A stretch of DNA of 64,000 nucleotides from Planctomycetota bacterium (GTDB lineage Bacteria; Planctomycetota; UBA1135; GCA-002686595): the NCBI GenBank assembly GCA_029212845.1, contig JARGPD010000003.1:3417-67416 (forward strand), read 5' to 3'. Both the position numbers and the translations under genes were made by a program. Below, piece by piece: positions 55,010 through 63,345 of this stretch. A model generated the notes under the pieces. That model saw only the letters and a program-made list of their open reading frames with translations. It ran no database searches and was not told the origin of the DNA. Position 1 is the stretch's first letter, and each line of letters opens with the position of its first letter.

Positions 55010-55912
55010 TCATCCCCCGATCAAGGCGAGGGGGTCCACGATCTCCTGGATCGTGCCGGTCAGGTTGGCACAGTCCGGCGGGCAGTAGGAGTCCGCGGAG
55101 ATGGGATCGCAGTAGGAGCTGTCGACCTGCTGTTGGAGCACTGCACCAACGACACCCACGGTGCTCAGGTTCTGGACGCAGACCTGGGCGGGCGCCCAGG
55201 TGACGGGGATGTCCGGTTCATCGACGAGCGGGCGGTAGATCCCGCCGCCCGTGGCGACGTTCGAGACGACCTGGCTGACGACGCCATTGATGCCCTGCAT
55301 GTTGAGGGCCGAGGCGTTGGCCACCACGGCGCCGCCGGGCGGCGTGTAGGTCGCGAAGAGGCCGGTGCTGCCGAGGGACAGGATCAACGACTCGGGGATC
55401 GGGGTCTCCAGGAGGTAGACCGCATCACCGGGGTTCGAGCCAGGATGGACCGTCAAGCTGGCGCCGACGAAGAACAGCATCGGATCCAGGTGCAGCATGG
55501 TGCCCCCGACGAGGGCGCCAAAGGTCACCGTCGAGCCCGTGAGGTCACCACCGGGCACGTAGAGGGCGGTGACGGCCCGGAACACGCCGGCCTGGGCGCG
55601 GCCGGTCATGGCGACCATGTTCCCACCGACTTGGGGAACGTCCGCGAAGGTCTGGGGATCGCTGCCGCGTGCAAACTCTTCGAGGTCCGAGAAGCCGTCG
55701 AGGTCCGAGTCGGCGCTCAAAAGGTCGGTGTTCAGGATCGACTCTTGGACGTCGACGAGACCGTCGTTGTCCATGTCAGCGCTGCCGAGCGGGCTCGCGA
55801 GGAGGCCCGAGTCGTCCGCGAGGCCGTGACCAAGCAGGAAGCCACCGGCCGTCAAGGCCAGGGCGGGAAGCACGAGTGGCTTCCAGTTGCTGCGGGGGGT
55901 CACGTCAGGCAT
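55010..55912 (-). CDS. Secreted protein with Ca-binding thrombospondin-type-3-like DxDxDG repeats and a Cys-rich C-terminus
   Basis: Signal peptide; DMDNDGLVDVQE..NTD, DSDLDGFSDLEE..GSDP; C-terminal CVQ...CDP...CPPDC. Confidence 0.78.
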   Translation of the reverse strand: MPDVTPRSNWKPLVLPALALTAGGFLLGHGLADDSGLLASPLGSADMDNDGLVDVQESILNTDLLSADSDLDGFSDLEEFARGSDPQTFADVPQVGGNMVAMTGRAQAGVFRAVTALYVPGGDLTGSTVTFGALVGGTMLHLDPMLFFVGASLTVHPGSNPGDAVYLLETPIPESLILSLGSTGLFATYTPPGGAVVANASALNMQGINGVVSQVVSNVATGGGIYRPLVDEPDIPVTWAPAQVCVQNLSTVGVVGAVLQQQVDSSYCDPISADSYCPPDCANLTGTIQEIVDPLALIGG

Positions 55913-55978
55913 GGGGATCCATCTAGGGTCAGTGGGCGAGCGGCCAGAGTGGCTGCTCACCCTGCTATACACGCGTCG

Positions 55979-56008
55979 ATCATAAGGGTAACCCGCGATT
56001 GCGGTCAA
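55979..56008 (-). promoter_or_regulatory. Candidate sigma70 promoter TTGACC-N18-TATGAT
   Basis: Seen on the minus strand about 65 nt upstream of ATG 55912. Confidence 0.5.
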
Positions 56009-56167
56009 CGAGTCTTGGCTGGCCCCCAGGCCAGGCCCCCTCACAGGCTTAGAGAGGGACCTGGCGGCGTCACCGAAGCCCCTTAGGGTCAAAAACTTAC
56101 GAAGGAATGCCTGGTTCCGGTCGAATCCGCCCCGCCCCCCGGCCGGGACGGGTTCCGGGCGCGCCCC

Positions 56168-56196
56168 TTGCCCTCCGAGTCCGGCAACCACAAACT
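56168..56196 (+). promoter_or_regulatory. Candidate tRNA promoter TTGCCC-N17-CAAACT with GC-rich discriminator
   Basis: Ends 14 nt before the tRNA 5' end. Confidence 0.4.
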
Positions 56197-56210
56197 AGCC
56201 GCCCCTCGGC

Positions 56211-56287
56211 GCGCCCGTAGCTCAGCTGGATAGAGTGCTTGCCTCCGGAGCAAGAAGTCACAGGTTCGAATCCTGTCGGGCGCACCA
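56211..56287 (+). tRNA. tRNA-Arg(CCG)
   Basis: Acceptor stem GCGCCCG/CGGGCGC, D arm AGCTCAGCTGGATAGAG, anticodon stem CTTGC/GCAAG with loop CTCCGGA, T loop GGTTCGAATCC, encoded CCA. Confidence 0.97.
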
Positions 56288-56315
56288 CCCCCCCTCCGAC
56301 GCCCCTGGGGCCGTC

Positions 56316-57491
56316 TCAGGCCGACTTGCCGGCCGCCTCGGCCAGGATGTCGAGGACCTGGGGGAAGGTCGCCTCGCGGGTGAACCCGCGCATCTTCTCG
56401 AGGCCACTTCGGCGGAAGCGCTCCGCGAGCTCCGGATCGGCGAGCACCTTGCCCATGGCCTCGGCCAGGGGCTCCGGACTCTTGGGCGGCACCAGGAAGC
56501 CGTTGACGCCGTCCTCGACCACCTCCGGATTGCCACACACCCCGGTGCACACGATCGGCGTGCCCAAGGAGGCCACCTCGAGCAGGGTGTGCGAGAGCCC
56601 CTCGTACTCGCTGTTGAGCACGAACAGGTCCGCTGCCCGGATGTACAGCGGGATGCGCGCGTGGGGCACGTTGCCGAGGAAGGTCACCCGGTCCGTGAGC
56701 CCGAGCTGCTCCGAGAGCTGCTCCCACTCGGTCTGCATCTCGCCGTCGCCGGCGATCAGGAGGTGCACGTCGCTGGGCAGGTGCTGGAGGGCGCGCATGA
56801 TGAAGTCGACGCCCTTCCAGACGACCAGACGACAGATCGTCAGCACGTAGCGTCGGCCGCCCTCGAGGGGCTCCAGACCCAGCTCGGCGCGCGCCTCGGC
56901 CTGGGTCTCGGACACGTCCTCGACGCTCGGGCCGTTGTAGGCGTTGTGCACGCGCACGCACTTCTGCTCCGAGATGCCGTAGCGCTTGATCGGGATCCAG
57001 CGCAGGAAGTCCGAGCAGGCGATGATGCGCTTGACCCGGTTCCACCAGAACAGCTGGGCCTTGCGGATCAGCTTGACCTTCCAGCCATAGTCCTTGGTCT
57101 CGAAGACGTTGATGTCGTCCTCGCCGATCAACCCGAAGCGGTGGGAGATCTCCCAGGCGCCGTCGACCATGATGCGGATCACCACGGGGCGCCGCGCGAA
57201 CCAGGCGCCCAGCACGTGGAACAGCGCGATGTGCTCTTGGACGTAGACCACGTCGAAGTTGCGGGCCTCACGGAAGACCAGCCACATCGCCTTGAGGTAG
57301 CGCACGGCGAGGTTGCCCCGGCTGATCGTGCGGACCTCGAAGGGGAAGCCCGAGACCTCGCGCTCGGAGCAGAACGCCAGCACCTTCACTTCGTGGCCGC
57401 GCTCGACGAAGAAGCGCGCGGCCGAGGGGACATACACCGCGGGGCCGCCGAGGTCCGGTGGAAAGACCGGGCTCGTGATCAGGATTCGCAT
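56316..57491 (-). CDS. Glycosyltransferase family 4
   Basis: MRILITSPVFPPDLGGPA, CRLVVWKG, AGDGE, FVLNSEYEGLSHTLLEVAS, GNPEVVEDGVNG. Confidence 0.92.
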   Translation of the reverse strand: MRILITSPVFPPDLGGPAVYVPSAARFFVERGHEVKVLAFCSEREVSGFPFEVRTISRGNLAVRYLKAMWLVFREARNFDVVYVQEHIALFHVLGAWFARRPVVIRIMVDGAWEISHRFGLIGEDDINVFETKDYGWKVKLIRKAQLFWWNRVKRIIACSDFLRWIPIKRYGISEQKCVRVHNAYNGPSVEDVSETQAEARAELGLEPLEGGRRYVLTICRLVVWKGVDFIMRALQHLPSDVHLLIAGDGEMQTEWEQLSEQLGLTDRVTFLGNVPHARIPLYIRAADLFVLNSEYEGLSHTLLEVASLGTPIVCTGVCGNPEVVEDGVNGFLVPPKSPEPLAEAMGKVLADPELAERFRRSGLEKMRGFTREATFPQVLDILAEAAGKSA

Positions 57492-58981
57492 GGCGCGGGT
57501 CTACCGCTGAACTCCAGCTGGCCCTGGTTCGCGGCACGCTCGCCACCGATCGCCTCGAGCACCTCGGGCGTGATGTCGCCGGTCGGGTACTCGCCATTGA
57601 AGCAGGCGTTGCAGAAGCCCGGCACGCTCGGGTTGCCCTCGCTCGCGGCCGCGTTCAGACGCTCGCGGTCGAGGTACATCATGTAGTCGGCCTCGAGCAC
57701 CGCTGCGACCTGGGCTGCGTTGCGGCCCGCCGCGACGAACTCGGTCTTGGTCGCCATGTCGATGCCGTAGGGGCAGGGCGAGACCAGCGGCGGGCTGCAG
57801 GAGGCCAGGTAGACCTCCTTGGCGCCGGCCGCCCGGGCCATGTTGACGATGCGCTTGGCCGTGTTGCCGCGCACCACCGAGTCGTCGACGAGCAGCACGC
57901 GCTTGCCCTCGAACTCGAGCGGGATCGTGTTCAGCTTGCGCCGCACCGAGCTCTGGCGCGAGTCCTGGCTGGGCATGATGAAGGTCCGCCCGATGTAGCG
58001 GTTCTTCACCAGGCCCTCGCGATAGGGCACGCCGAGGCCGTCAGCCATCGCCATCGCGGCCTCGCGGGAGGAGTCCGGGATCGGGATCACGACGTCGGGC
58101 TCGGGGGCGCCCTGCTCGCGCCACTGCTCGGCCATCGCCTTGCCGCTGCGCAGGCGCGTCTTGTAGACCGAGATGCCGTCGATCATCGAGTCGGGCCGCG
58201 CGAAGTAGACGAACTCGAAGATGCACGGCGAGTGGGGCTTGTCGACGACCTTGCGGCGCACGACCTGGCGGTCGCGGCCGACGAAGATGACCTCGCCCGG
58301 ACCGACGTCGATCGTGCGCTCGTAGCCGATCACGTCCAGCACGACGCTCTCGGAGGCGACCGCATAGGAGACGCCGTTCTCTCCCTGGCGCTCGCCGAAG
58401 ACGATCGGCTTGATGCCGTAGGGATCACGGAAGGCGATCATGCCGACGTCCGGCAGGGAGGCGACCACCGAGTAGGCGCCGCGCACCTTGCGGTAGACCT
58501 CGCGCACCGCATGGAACGCGTCGTCGAGGTCGACCCGGTGCCCGGGTCGCACGCGCTCGCGCAGGGCGGTCGCGAAGACGAACAGGATCACCTCGAGGTC
58601 ACAGGAGGAGTTCAAGCGCGTGCCCGAGCTCTCGAAGTGCATCTCCTTCAGCTCGATGAAGTTCGTGACGTTGCCGTTGTGGGCCATCGCGATGCCCACC
58701 GGGAAGGTCAGGTGGAAGGGCTGCGCGTCGTCGCCCGAGCCGCCGCCGACCGTGGGGTAGCGAACGTGGCCGATGCCGAGGTTGCCCTGCAGCTTCGCCA
58801 TGTTCGACTCGTTGAACACGTCCCGGACCATGCCGTTGCCCTTCTCGACGTGGAATTGGTCCGTGAAGGTGGTGATGCCTGCGGCGTCTTGGCCGCGGTG
58901 CTGGATCGCGAGGAGGCCCTCGTAGATCTCGCCAGCCACATCGGTGCCCTCAGGCCCGTAGATTCCGATGAATCCGCACAT
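57479..58981 (-). CDS. purF: Amidophosphoribosyltransferase
   Basis: MCGFIG (N-terminal Cys nucleophile), QHRGQDAAG, GHVRYPT, AHNGN, CIFEFVYFARPDS, VDDSVVRGNT, PCPYGID, FCNACFNGEYP. Confidence 0.97.
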   Translation of the reverse strand: MCGFIGIYGPEGTDVAGEIYEGLLAIQHRGQDAAGITTFTDQFHVEKGNGMVRDVFNESNMAKLQGNLGIGHVRYPTVGGGSGDDAQPFHLTFPVGIAMAHNGNVTNFIELKEMHFESSGTRLNSSCDLEVILFVFATALRERVRPGHRVDLDDAFHAVREVYRKVRGAYSVVASLPDVGMIAFRDPYGIKPIVFGERQGENGVSYAVASESVVLDVIGYERTIDVGPGEVIFVGRDRQVVRRKVVDKPHSPCIFEFVYFARPDSMIDGISVYKTRLRSGKAMAEQWREQGAPEPDVVIPIPDSSREAAMAMADGLGVPYREGLVKNRYIGRTFIMPSQDSRQSSVRRKLNTIPLEFEGKRVLLVDDSVVRGNTAKRIVNMARAAGAKEVYLASCSPPLVSPCPYGIDMATKTEFVAAGRNAAQVAAVLEADYMMYLDRERLNAAASEGNPSVPGFCNACFNGEYPTGDITPEVLEAIGGERAANQGQLEFSGRPAPCES

Positions 58982-59172
58982 GCTCTTGTCGCCTTCTGGG
59001 TGTTCTCGGGGGAGTGCGCCGGCGGCCAGCCGACGACGAAGCGCCAAGCTGCAGAAGATAACCCATGCCGGCCCGAGCTGGCCCCGCGGCGCCAGAGGAA
59101 TGGCTCGATGGTCCCAGCTAGAGGCCGCCGAGCGAGACCCGTGGAGCGACCCAGGCGGGCGGGCACAGGCCC

Positions 59173-60363
59173 CTAGTCCGAGAGCCCGTCGAGGAAGCCC
59201 GCCAGCTCCGCGGCCGCCTGCTGGGGATCTTGCATCTCGATCGTCTGCGCGTAGTCGTGGCCGCGCTCGGAGTGGGTGTACAGGGGATCGTAGTAGTGCT
59301 CGAGCAGGGTCCGCACCAGCTCGCGGTCCTCGCCGGCGTCGAGCAGGCCGGTCAGGCGGCCCTTCCAAGCCACCGGTCCGAGGCGCTTCTCGATGAAGGG
59401 CAGCTGCGTGCGCAGCTCGGCCCGGCTGCCATCCCGGTCCAGGTAGTCCTCGATCAGGACGTCGACCCGGCGCTCGAGGTCCGCGACCAGCTGCACGTTG
59501 ATCCCCGCCTGCAGCCCCTGCCACACGGAGGCCGGCTGGATCCGGTCACCGATCTTGCGGCTCTCCCCCTCGACCACGAGGCGCCCGCCTGGGTTCAGGC
59601 GCCCGAGCCGACGCAGGCGGGTGGCGAGGCGCGACTCGAAGCGCTTCTGGGACACGGGCTCGAGCCCGACCATGCCGAGGATCGACGAGCGGTGGCCGGC
59701 GAACTCCTCGAGGTCCAGGGTCGAGTTCGGGCGTAGCTCCTCGAGGGTGCGCAGGACGAGGGTCTTGCCGGTGCCGGTGAAGCCTCGGATCACGACCATG
59801 CCCGGCGCCTCGAAGGCCTCCAGCTCGGTGATGACGCGCCGGCGGTACTGGGTGTACCCACCCGAGAGGCACAGGGCGCGGTCGAAGCCGCAGACGGCCA
59901 GGAGCGCCACGACGCTGCGCGAGCGCAGGCCGCCGCGCCAGCAATGGAAGATCACCGGGCGCTCGGGCAGGGCCTCGGCCAGCACCTCGACGAGGCCCCC
60001 CTCGAGGCCCGCGATGCCTTCCGAGGTCATCTCGAGCACGCGGGCCGGCAGGTCCACCTCCGGCAGGTCCCAGCTGGCCGCCTCGGCGATGCCCTCGAAC
60101 AGGGTCACGATGCGCTCGGCGACGAGCTCGCGTCCGACCTCGAAGGCGCGGTCAGGGGACTCGCGCTTGTACAGGGTCCCCACAAGGGCGCGCTCCTCGT
60201 TGCGGAAGATCGGCAGGTTGACCGCACCTGGCAGGTGGTCCTGGGCGTACTCCTTCGGCGTGCGCAGGTCGATCACCACCGGTGGATCCTCCGACTCGAG
60301 CGCCTCCAGCACCTGGTGGACCCCGGCCGAGGGCACCTGGTGGTTCTTGGTTCCAGCGCTCAT
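59173..60363 (-). CDS. mnmH: tRNA 2-selenouridine synthase
   Basis: Rhodanese IDLRTPKEY..HLPGA, CWRGGLRS; P-loop GFTGTGKT; DLEEFAGHRSS; EGESRKIG; HYYDPLY. Confidence 0.92.
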   Translation of the reverse strand: MSAGTKNHQVPSAGVHQVLEALESEDPPVVIDLRTPKEYAQDHLPGAVNLPIFRNEERALVGTLYKRESPDRAFEVGRELVAERIVTLFEGIAEAASWDLPEVDLPARVLEMTSEGIAGLEGGLVEVLAEALPERPVIFHCWRGGLRSRSVVALLAVCGFDRALCLSGGYTQYRRRVITELEAFEAPGMVVIRGFTGTGKTLVLRTLEELRPNSTLDLEEFAGHRSSILGMVGLEPVSQKRFESRLATRLRRLGRLNPGGRLVVEGESRKIGDRIQPASVWQGLQAGINVQLVADLERRVDVLIEDYLDRDGSRAELRTQLPFIEKRLGPVAWKGRLTGLLDAGEDRELVRTLLEHYYDPLYTHSERGHDYAQTIEMQDPQQAAAELAGFLDGLSD

Positions 60364-60459
60364 CGCGGGATTATCCCCGCTGGACGGTGCACCGCTGCGG
60401 GAGGTCTGCCTTTTTGCTCGGCGCCGTCCCTTCGGTCGCGGCAGCGAGGGCCGTCGGGC

Positions 60460-61725
60460 CTACCTAGGGGGACCGCTGGGGCCCTCGCCCGGGGGCAGTC
60501 CGAAGCGCTGGGGTGGACCCTCCGCATCACCCTTCTGGCCCGGGCGTCCGCCCGGTCGCTGGCGCCCGTCCGGACCACCATCGGGACCAGGACCTTGGTG
60601 CCCACCCCGCGGCTCGCCACGGGGTCGAGCCCCGCGTTCGTGCCAGCTTCGGCGCCCGCCGGCGCTGAAGACCGTCTCCTCGAGGAACTCCTCGAGGCTC
60701 TCGATCAGGGCGCTGTCGTCGAGCTCGGCCAGCTGGGACCGGCGCTCGGCCGGGAACCAGTCCTTGTCGGCCAGGTAGCCGCGCATGCGACTGGCGACCT
60801 GGGCATCCATGGCCGCCTTGCGCTCGCTGTGCTCGAGGTCGCGGACCTCGATGCGATCGCGCAGGGTCGGGCGCATGGCCTCGAGGAAGCCCGGCGCCCA
60901 GGCGGGAGCGTTGGGTGCCAAGCCCATCTTCGCGTGGCCGCCTCGATCTTCCCCCTTGCGGGGCGGCCCATCGAAGAGGGTCAAGCCGAGCCGGCCGGCG
61001 CGCTTCATGAAGCGCTCGTCCTCGGGCTCGGTCTGGAGCTTGGTCCACTGCTTCTCCGTGACACCTTCGGGCAGGCCCTCAGCGGTGACGCGGACGACGA
61101 GGCGCTCGCGCTCGATCGAGAGGAAGCGCTGCATGCGCTCGGGACCCTCGAGGCGTTCGAGCTCGTCGAGCTGGGTGGCGTCGAGCTGTCCCTCGATGCG
61201 CATGCGCTCGATCAGCTCGTCGCCGAAGTGACCGCGCAGTCGGTGGCGCACGTCGTCGGGATGCGGCGGGCGGCCGCCCTCGACCAAGCCCTCGACGAAC
61301 TCGCGGTGCTGGGGAGCGAGGCTACGTCGCAGGCTAGAGCCACGGCGCTTGGAGTCGGTGAGCTGCTGCTCGCGCAGGATGCGCTCGCGCTCCCAGGGCG
61401 GCAGGCCGCCAAGGCGCTGTTGGAGCTCAGGGCTGAGCCCGCGCTGCAGCTCGCGACGCTCGGCCTCGAGACCGCGGGCCCGCTCGCGCAGGGCCTCGCG
61501 CTGCTCGGGGGTCAGGGCCCGCAGGGTCTCGAAGCGCTCGCGTAGCAGCTGTTGCTCTTCGGGCGTCTTGGCCTTCCAGCGGTCGAGGCCCTCGGGCGAA
61601 CCCTTGGTCAGGCCGGTCTCCTTGGAGCTCGACTCCGCCGGCGCGCGCTTGACGTCCGGCCCGTCCTGGGCCACCACCAACGGAGCGACCAGGGAGAGGG
61701 CCAGGATCAGTAGGAGGGACTTCAT
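60460..61725 (-). CDS. Secreted helical charged protein (DUF3106-like), third gene of the ECF operon
   Basis: Signal peptide; RWKAKTPEEQQLLRERFETLRALTPEQREALRER repeats; Gly/Pro-rich tail. Confidence 0.75.
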   Translation of the reverse strand: MKSLLLILALSLVAPLVVAQDGPDVKRAPAESSSKETGLTKGSPEGLDRWKAKTPEEQQLLRERFETLRALTPEQREALRERARGLEAERRELQRGLSPELQQRLGGLPPWERERILREQQLTDSKRRGSSLRRSLAPQHREFVEGLVEGGRPPHPDDVRHRLRGHFGDELIERMRIEGQLDATQLDELERLEGPERMQRFLSIERERLVVRVTAEGLPEGVTEKQWTKLQTEPEDERFMKRAGRLGLTLFDGPPRKGEDRGGHAKMGLAPNAPAWAPGFLEAMRPTLRDRIEVRDLEHSERKAAMDAQVASRMRGYLADKDWFPAERRSQLAELDDSALIESLEEFLEETVFSAGGRRSWHERGARPRGEPRGGHQGPGPDGGPDGRQRPGGRPGQKGDAEGPPQRFGLPPGEGPSGPPR

Positions 61726-62618
61726 CAGCCCTGCTCCTCCTCGACGCCGCCGGCGAGCAGCAGCTCGAGGTCGACATCGTCGAGGGATCCGAGCAGGAGG
61801 TCGACGTCCTCGGACATCAACAGCTCCCAGTCCTCCAGCACGTCGAGGGACTCGAGCAGCTCCAGGTCGGGCAGGCTGCCTTGGGCCCCGGCCAGCTCGG
61901 AGGTGCCCGCAGCGGGGGCCGTCGGCCCGTCGATGCTGGCCGGTGACTCGACGTCGCTGCGCGCGACGTTGAGCTCGGTGTTCTGGGTCTGGCCGCCGAA
62001 GAAGCGAGTGCCGGCGAAGACCACCACGAGGGCTGCGGCGGCCGCGGCGGCCCAGCGACCGAACTGGGGACGCAGGACAGGCGTCGGCCGGGTGGCGGCG
62101 AGGGTCCGCGCGGCCAGGCCGGCGGGGACCGCGGGCTCGGGCTGCTGGTCCAGCAGCTGGTCCAGACGCACCCCGGCCAGCACCCGGTCGGCCAGGCCTT
62201 GGGGCACGCTGGGCTCGGGCAGGACCTCGAGTAGGTTGTCCAGGCGGCGCTCCGCCTCGGCCTCGTCGCGGGCCTCCTCCAGGCCGGCGAGCACGCGACC
62301 CGCCAGGCCGACCGGAACGCTCGCCTCGTCGGCAAGCTCCAGGACGGCGTCCAGGCTCAGGTCGCCCAGCTCACCCTGGCGCGCCAGGCGCGACAGGACG
62401 CGCTGGGCCAGGGCCAGGGGCAGACGCGGTTCCGGCAGACTAGCCAGGAGCTCGTCGAGGGCCTGCTCGGATTCGAGCAGCTCGCGGCAGCCGGCGCAGT
62501 GGTGCAGGTGGTCGTGCCAGGCGAGCGGGCGGCCGTCGTGGGACAGGCCGTGCTCGGCGGTCACCCCGCCTTCGAGGGCCGCGCGCAGGTGGGCGCGGAA
62601 AGTCGTGCAGGTGTCCAT
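61725..62618 (-). CDS. Zinc-binding (HxxxCxxC) anti-sigma factor with four tandem helical repeats and a TM helix
   Basis: HLHHCAGCRE; four copies of LDxLLxxxPEPxVPxGLAxRVLA; TM WAAAAAAALVVVFAG. Confidence 0.85.
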   Translation of the reverse strand: MDTCTTFRAHLRAALEGGVTAEHGLSHDGRPLAWHDHLHHCAGCRELLESEQALDELLASLPEPRLPLALAQRVLSRLARQGELGDLSLDAVLELADEASVPVGLAGRVLAGLEEARDEAEAERRLDNLLEVLPEPSVPQGLADRVLAGVRLDQLLDQQPEPAVPAGLAARTLAATRPTPVLRPQFGRWAAAAAAALVVVFAGTRFFGGQTQNTELNVARSDVESPASIDGPTAPAAGTSELAGAQGSLPDLELLESLDVLEDWELLMSEDVDLLLGSLDDVDLELLLAGGVEEEQG

Positions 62619-63253
62619 CAGGCGACCTCCTCACGCAGGAAGGGTCCGAGGGCCTCGCGCAGGTTCTCGCGCGCGCGGTGGACCATCGACTTGATCGCCT
62701 TCTCGGACGAGTCGAGCACCTCGGCGATCTCGACATAGGGCAGCTCGTCGTACTTGGCCAGGATCAGGGCCATGCGCTGCTTCTCAGGCAGGGCCTCGAT
62801 GGCAGCGCGCACGGCGTCGACGACGTCGGCCCGGGCCAGGGTCACGTCGGGGGTCTCCCCGCGGTGGTCCTCGACCGACTCCCCGAGGCTGCCACCCTCG
62901 CCCTCTTCCCCCATGGCAAGGTCCAGGGACAGGTGCTTGCGGGGCGCTTGGCGCACGCGCTCGTTGGCGGAGAGGTTGAAGACGATGCGGTACAACCAGG
63001 TCGAGAAGCGCGCCGTCGGCTGGTAGCGCGGGGCCGATCGCAGGACCCGCAGGAAGACGTCCTGGACCAGGTCCTCGCGGTTCGAGACCGGCCCGAGGAA
63101 GCGCGTCAAGAGCGAATAGACCCGGCCCGAGTAGCCCTCGACGAGCCCAGCGAAGGCGGCCTGGTCGCCGGCCTGGAAGGCCAGCATGAGACGCACGCCC
63201 TCGTCGTCGTCGTAGGTGGCCGGAGCCTGGGGTTCTTCCTGGGAGCCTGTCAT
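62618..63253 (-). CDS. ECF RNA polymerase sigma factor
   Basis: FAGLVEGYSGRVY, EDLVQDVFLRV, FSTWLYRIVFN, LPEKQRMALIL, YVEIAEVL..SEKAIKSMVHRAR. Confidence 0.95.
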   Translation of the reverse strand: MTGSQEEPQAPATYDDDEGVRLMLAFQAGDQAAFAGLVEGYSGRVYSLLTRFLGPVSNREDLVQDVFLRVLRSAPRYQPTARFSTWLYRIVFNLSANERVRQAPRKHLSLDLAMGEEGEGGSLGESVEDHRGETPDVTLARADVVDAVRAAIEALPEKQRMALILAKYDELPYVEIAEVLDSSEKAIKSMVHRARENLREALGPFLREEVA

Positions 63254-63262
63254 GGGGCCTGC

Positions 63263-63287
63263 AACCTCCCAGCCCCTGTCGGGTTCC
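63263..63287 (-). promoter_or_regulatory. Candidate ECF autoregulatory promoter GGAA-N18-GTT
   Basis: The minus strand reads GGAA cccgacaggggctgggag GTT, ending 9 nt before the sigma-factor ATG. Confidence 0.55.
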
Positions 63288-63345
63288 GGGGGAGGGCTGT
63301 TTCGTTCCTCTTCCTATTAATACAGATCGCGCCGGGGCCTGGCCC

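Noticed and set aside
56211..56330. tRNA-Arg as a prophage or island integration site
   Set aside because: No integrase and no duplicated tRNA 3' end noticed in the window; the flanking genes look chromosomal.
56089..56536. Small ORFs containing RPTGFEPVT / CARQDSNL / APDRIRTCD
   Set aside because: Classic translation artefacts of the antisense strand of the tRNA.
58982..59172. Possible purine/ZTP riboswitch upstream of purF
   Set aside because: No recognisable aptamer consensus or terminator by eye; an Infernal/Rfam scan would settle it.
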